Part shown: positions 61,718 through 64,000 of the stretch, one piece after another
How positions within the stretch are numbered: the first letter of the stretch is position 1
How the letters are laid out: each line of letters starts with the position of its first letter
Assembly: GCA_964593365.1 (NCBI GenBank)
Contig: CAZQGQ010000002.1
Coordinates: 21,671-85,670, forward strand
From: an uncultured Candidatus Saccharibacteria bacterium
Lineage (GTDB): Bacteria > Patescibacteriota > Minisyncoccia > Phycocordibacterales > Phycocordibacteraceae
Direction: 5' to 3'
DNA: 64,000 nt
Program-made: the position numbers and the translations under genes
Notes under the pieces: generated by a model
Database searches by the model: none
What the model was told of the DNA's origin: nothing
The model's input: only the letters and a program-made list of their open reading frames with translations

Positions 61718-62555
61718 CTCATTCATTTACTTTGGAACGCCCTATGTGGCGAGCGATACGCTTTCCGTACTGATCGAACGCGGGTTTGTGCCTCTAGCAG
61801 TAGTAACTTCGCCTGACGCGCGCCAAGGCCGCGGCCTCTCGTATGCGCCTTCGTCAACTAAGGTAGTAGCAGAGGAAAACAAGATTCCCGTCTTAACGCC
61901 GGAGCGGCTTGATAGCGAAGTGCTTGAACAGATCCGCTCCTATGGAGCTTCCTATGCGATCGTGGTTGCTTACGGAAAGATACTTCCTCGCGCGATTATC
62001 GAATCCTTCCCGCTTGGAGTGCTCAACATCCATTATTCCCTTCTCCCAAAGTATCGAGGTGCTTCCCCTGTCGAGTCAGCGCTTCTCAATAACGAGACGG
62101 TCACCGGTGTCTCGATACAGAAAATGGTGTATGAGCTTGATGCAGGAGATCTGATTGCAATGAAGGAAGTGGCGATCGAGCCTACTGAGACTACTCGGGA
62201 ACTTCGCCCGAGACTTGTCCAGATCGGAGCAGAACTCCTTGCAGATACCCTTCCCGCTTTTCTAGAAGGTACGCTTCCAGCTACCCCTCAAGACGCTGGT
62301 GAGGCCACGACCTGCGGACGCATTGAGAAGTCTGAAGGCGAGCTTTCCTTGCAGGACGACCCTCAGAAGAATTGGAATAAGTACCGAGCGTATGCAGAGT
62401 CTCCTGGGACCTACTTTTTCATGGAAAAAAACGGCAAGAAACTACGGGTGAAGATAAAGACCGCGACGTTTACGAACGGGATGTTTACTCCTGAGCGTAT
62501 CGTTCCTGAAGGAAAGAAAGAGACGGGATATAAAGAATTCTCTGAAGGCGCTTAG
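61710..62555 (+). CDS. fmt: Methionyl-tRNA formyltransferase
   Basis: About 281 aa from MNSNSFIYFGTP. The track opens at 61665. NIHYSLLPKYRGASPV motif. Overlaps the def stop by 8 nt. Confidence 0.85.
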   Translation, partial: NSNSFIYFGTPYVASDTLSVLIERGFVPLAVVTSPDARQGRGLSYAPSSTKVVAEENKIPVLTPERLDSEVLEQIRSYGASYAIVVAYGKILPRAIIESFPLGVLNIHYSLLPKYRGASPVESALLNNETVTGVSIQKMVYELDAGDLIAMKEVAIEPTETTRELRPRLVQIGAELLADTLPAFLEGTLPATPQDAGEATTCGRIEKSEGELSLQDDPQKNWNKYRAYAESPGTYFFMEKNGKKLRVKIKTATFTNGMFTPERIVPEGKKETGYKEFSEGA

Positions 62556-62830
62556 GTGTCGATATCGAAGATCTTTCTCGGCGAGCGGTGTCCTGAGATA
62601 AGCTTGATCTTCGTAATCGGGATACGAAACTCCCAGGCAAGGAGCGAGCGGACGCGATCATTTGCCTGGTTTCGCGCGGCCGGTTCTTTGACCGAAATGG
62701 AATAGGTCTTTTCATCAGTCTGGATGAGAGACTCTTTCTTGGCGGAGGGCTGTACCTGGACGCGTACGTACATGGCTTGGGCGCGAAGTATACCATTTGC
62801 CCATTCGACGAATTCGGCTAGAATGCCCAT
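62552..62830 (-). CDS. DUF167 (YggU) family protein
   Basis: 92 aa. V.V.P.AK...I ... GxANxxLxxLLA pattern. Confidence 0.6.
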   Translation of the reverse strand: MGILAEFVEWANGILRAQAMYVRVQVQPSAKKESLIQTDEKTYSISVKEPAARNQANDRVRSLLAWEFRIPITKIKLISGHRSPRKIFDIDT

Positions 62831-62855
62831 ACGCCCTTCGTTGGGCGCGTTACAT

Positions 62856-62927
62856 TCCGCGGTAGCTCAGTGGTAGAGCGGTCGACTGTTAATCGATTGG
62901 TCGTAGGTTCGAATCCTACCCGCGGAG
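62856..62927 (+). tRNA. tRNA-Asn (anticodon GUU)
   Basis: Acceptor UCCGCGG/CCGCGGA, D-arm GCUCAGUGGUAGAGC, anticodon loop CUGUUAA, T-arm GUAGG-UUCGAAU-CCUAC, discriminator G. No CCA encoded. Confidence 0.85.
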
Positions 62928-62966
62928 CAGATAGCATTACACGGTATTTCTTGGAATACTGTAAGT

Positions 62967-63146
62967 ATGAAAACGAAAGCTAAACTACACATGGTTGCAG
63001 GTGTATTTCTTGTCGGAGTACTTATATTCCTTGGAGTCACCTGGTGGGTAAACGGTCGTGACGATACATGGCTCTACGCAGTTTGTGGGTTAATCGTTCT
63101 GACATCCTTTATTCCACTGTTGCCTAAGAAAGACGAAAAGAAGTAG
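62967..63146 (+). CDS. Hypothetical small membrane protein (59 aa, below the ORF-track cutoff)
   Basis: ATG..TAG frame read manually: MKTKAKLHMVAGVFLVGVLIFLGVTWWVNGRDDTWLYAVCGLIVLTSFIPLLPKKDEKK. Two hydrophobic helices. Confidence 0.35.
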   Translation: MKTKAKLHMVAGVFLVGVLIFLGVTWWVNGRDDTWLYAVCGLIVLTSFIPLLPKKDEKK

Positions 63147-63148
63147 TG

Positions 63149-63568
63149 TTACTTATTCCTCTTCTTCATCTCCACCACGGACTTCTTGATGATCTGCTTG
63201 AGAACTTTCATATCCACATCTTCTAGCTTGTTGATATACAGACATCCTACGCTCGTTTTGTGCTTACCTAACTTCTTCAGAAGCGTCTTTTGATCAGCAA
63301 ATCCTGACATGACGTAGAGCGTCAGGTTCTGCTTGCGTGGAGAAAATCCAGTAAGAGGCCAGTACCCTTCCTGCGCGCTTTTGGTCGACTTGTAGTGATA
63401 GGAGCCGAACCCAATGATGCTTGCACCCCACATCTTAGGCTTTTCTTTAGTCACTTCCTTAAAGAGTTTTAGGAGAGCAGTAGCATCCTTCCTCTTCTGA
63501 GGGTTAGGCACTGTTTGAATAAAAGCCGTGACGCTCGCCTTGGTAAGTTGTGTCTTCAGTTCTGCCAT
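63149..63568 (-). CDS. DUF1801 (YdhG-like) domain protein
   Basis: 139 aa. MWGASIIGFGSYHYKS ... FSPRKQNLTLYV pattern. Confidence 0.6.
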   Translation of the reverse strand: MAELKTQLTKASVTAFIQTVPNPQKRKDATALLKLFKEVTKEKPKMWGASIIGFGSYHYKSTKSAQEGYWPLTGFSPRKQNLTLYVMSGFADQKTLLKKLGKHKTSVGCLYINKLEDVDMKVLKQIIKKSVVEMKKRNK

Positions 63569-63595
63569 ACGTATATCTTATAACAAAAGACTTGG

Positions 63596-63994
63596 TTACT
63601 TAGCACGCTTTTCGTGTTGAATATGCTCAACGCCAAGTCCTCTTTCTTGGAGCGAGGGGGTAAGCATAGTAAGGCGGTGACAGGACCGATAGTCCCCTTC
63701 AGAACACATGACGCTTACCTTCTTTCCGCTCTTCACGAGCTGCACCACCTCGTCTATGGTTTCCTCGTACGCGGTGTTAACTCCCCTGCCTCCAAGGCTG
63801 GAGCCTCTTCCCAGATAGCTGATTCCCTTCTTGGGAAGTTTCTCACTAAGGCTACGTTCGTTAAACCACGGGCAAAAGCGAGAACGCGGGAAGGTGCGCA
63901 CATCAACGAGTGTGTCTATTCCCTTCTCTTCAAGCTTCTGAAGAAATTCAGACAAAGACTTGTTGCTGTGCCCAATCGTATAGATAGTATCCAT
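63596..63994 (-). CDS. DUF488 family protein
   Basis: 132 aa. IYTIGHSN ... LVDVRTFPRSR ... GISY pattern. Confidence 0.6.
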   Translation of the reverse strand: MDTIYTIGHSNKSLSEFLQKLEEKGIDTLVDVRTFPRSRFCPWFNERSLSEKLPKKGISYLGRGSSLGGRGVNTAYEETIDEVVQLVKSGKKVSVMCSEGDYRSCHRLTMLTPSLQERGLGVEHIQHEKRAK

Positions 63995-64000
63995 TCCTAC

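Noticed and set aside
1-64000. CRISPR arrays, cas genes, rRNA operons, integrases or transposases
   Set aside because: No regularly spaced direct repeats, no rRNA-like conserved stretches and no recombinase motifs were found on reading both strands.

Overview
This 64-kb window is a chromosomal segment of a small-genome bacterium (GC about 55%) with compact genes, frequent 4-nt start/stop overlaps and minimal aminoacyl-tRNA synthetases. These traits are consistent with an uncultured lineage such as Patescibacteria, but that assignment is inference only.

Most of the window is core housekeeping.
- Translation: aspS, gltX, cysS, lysS, proS, the tRNA-binding csaA, def, fmt, frr, ribosomal proteins L27, L9 and L21, tRNA-Glu(CUC) and tRNA-Asn(GUU).
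- Cell wall and division: a split dcw (division and cell wall) gene cluster. One part is a D-Ala-D-Ala carboxypeptidase followed by mraY-ftsW-murG on the plus strand; the other is mraZ-rsmH-ftsL-ftsI-murF on the minus strand. Also present are murA, uppP, a C-terminal processing protease and mrdA-mreD-mreC-mreB with a second stand-alone mreB paralog.
- Replication and repair: dnaB, recR, holB, rmuC, an alkA-like glycosylase and a DnaQ-like exonuclease.
- Other: scpA/scpB, greA, the pepA aminopeptidase, rseP, a very long RNase R, a P-type ATPase and corA.

The part that does not look core is a compositionally distinct accessory island at about 12.6-22.9 kb, between the M23 peptidase gene and the LOG-family gene. 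It contains a Pol-beta-type nucleotidyltransferase, a transglutaminase-like cysteine-protease-fold protein, a zinc-ribbon protein and a nucleoside 2-deoxyribosyltransferase-like protein. Downstream are an EamA exporter, a YjjX-type inosine/xanthosine triphosphatase, a pyridoxamine-5'-phosphate-oxidase-like (PNPOx-like) protein, several small secreted or membrane proteins, a 490-nt ORF-free stretch dense in stem-loops, and an AT-rich operon of three unknown genes.

The strongest thing I can see directly is a conserved box of about 26 nt (consensus TTCCAACATCGTCCCAGACAGCCAGC). It occurs six times, plus one degenerate copy, always in the same orientation, in successive intergenic gaps of the island. 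It usually sits just upstream of a TATAAT-like hexamer that lies 4-7 nt before the ATG. That pattern suggests a dedicated regulon of leaderless transcripts built around nucleotide-modifying and nucleotide-sanitising enzymes. I propose this island, and separately the AT-rich three-gene operon, as the candidate novel system. All functional calls come from motif recognition by eye; no searches were run.
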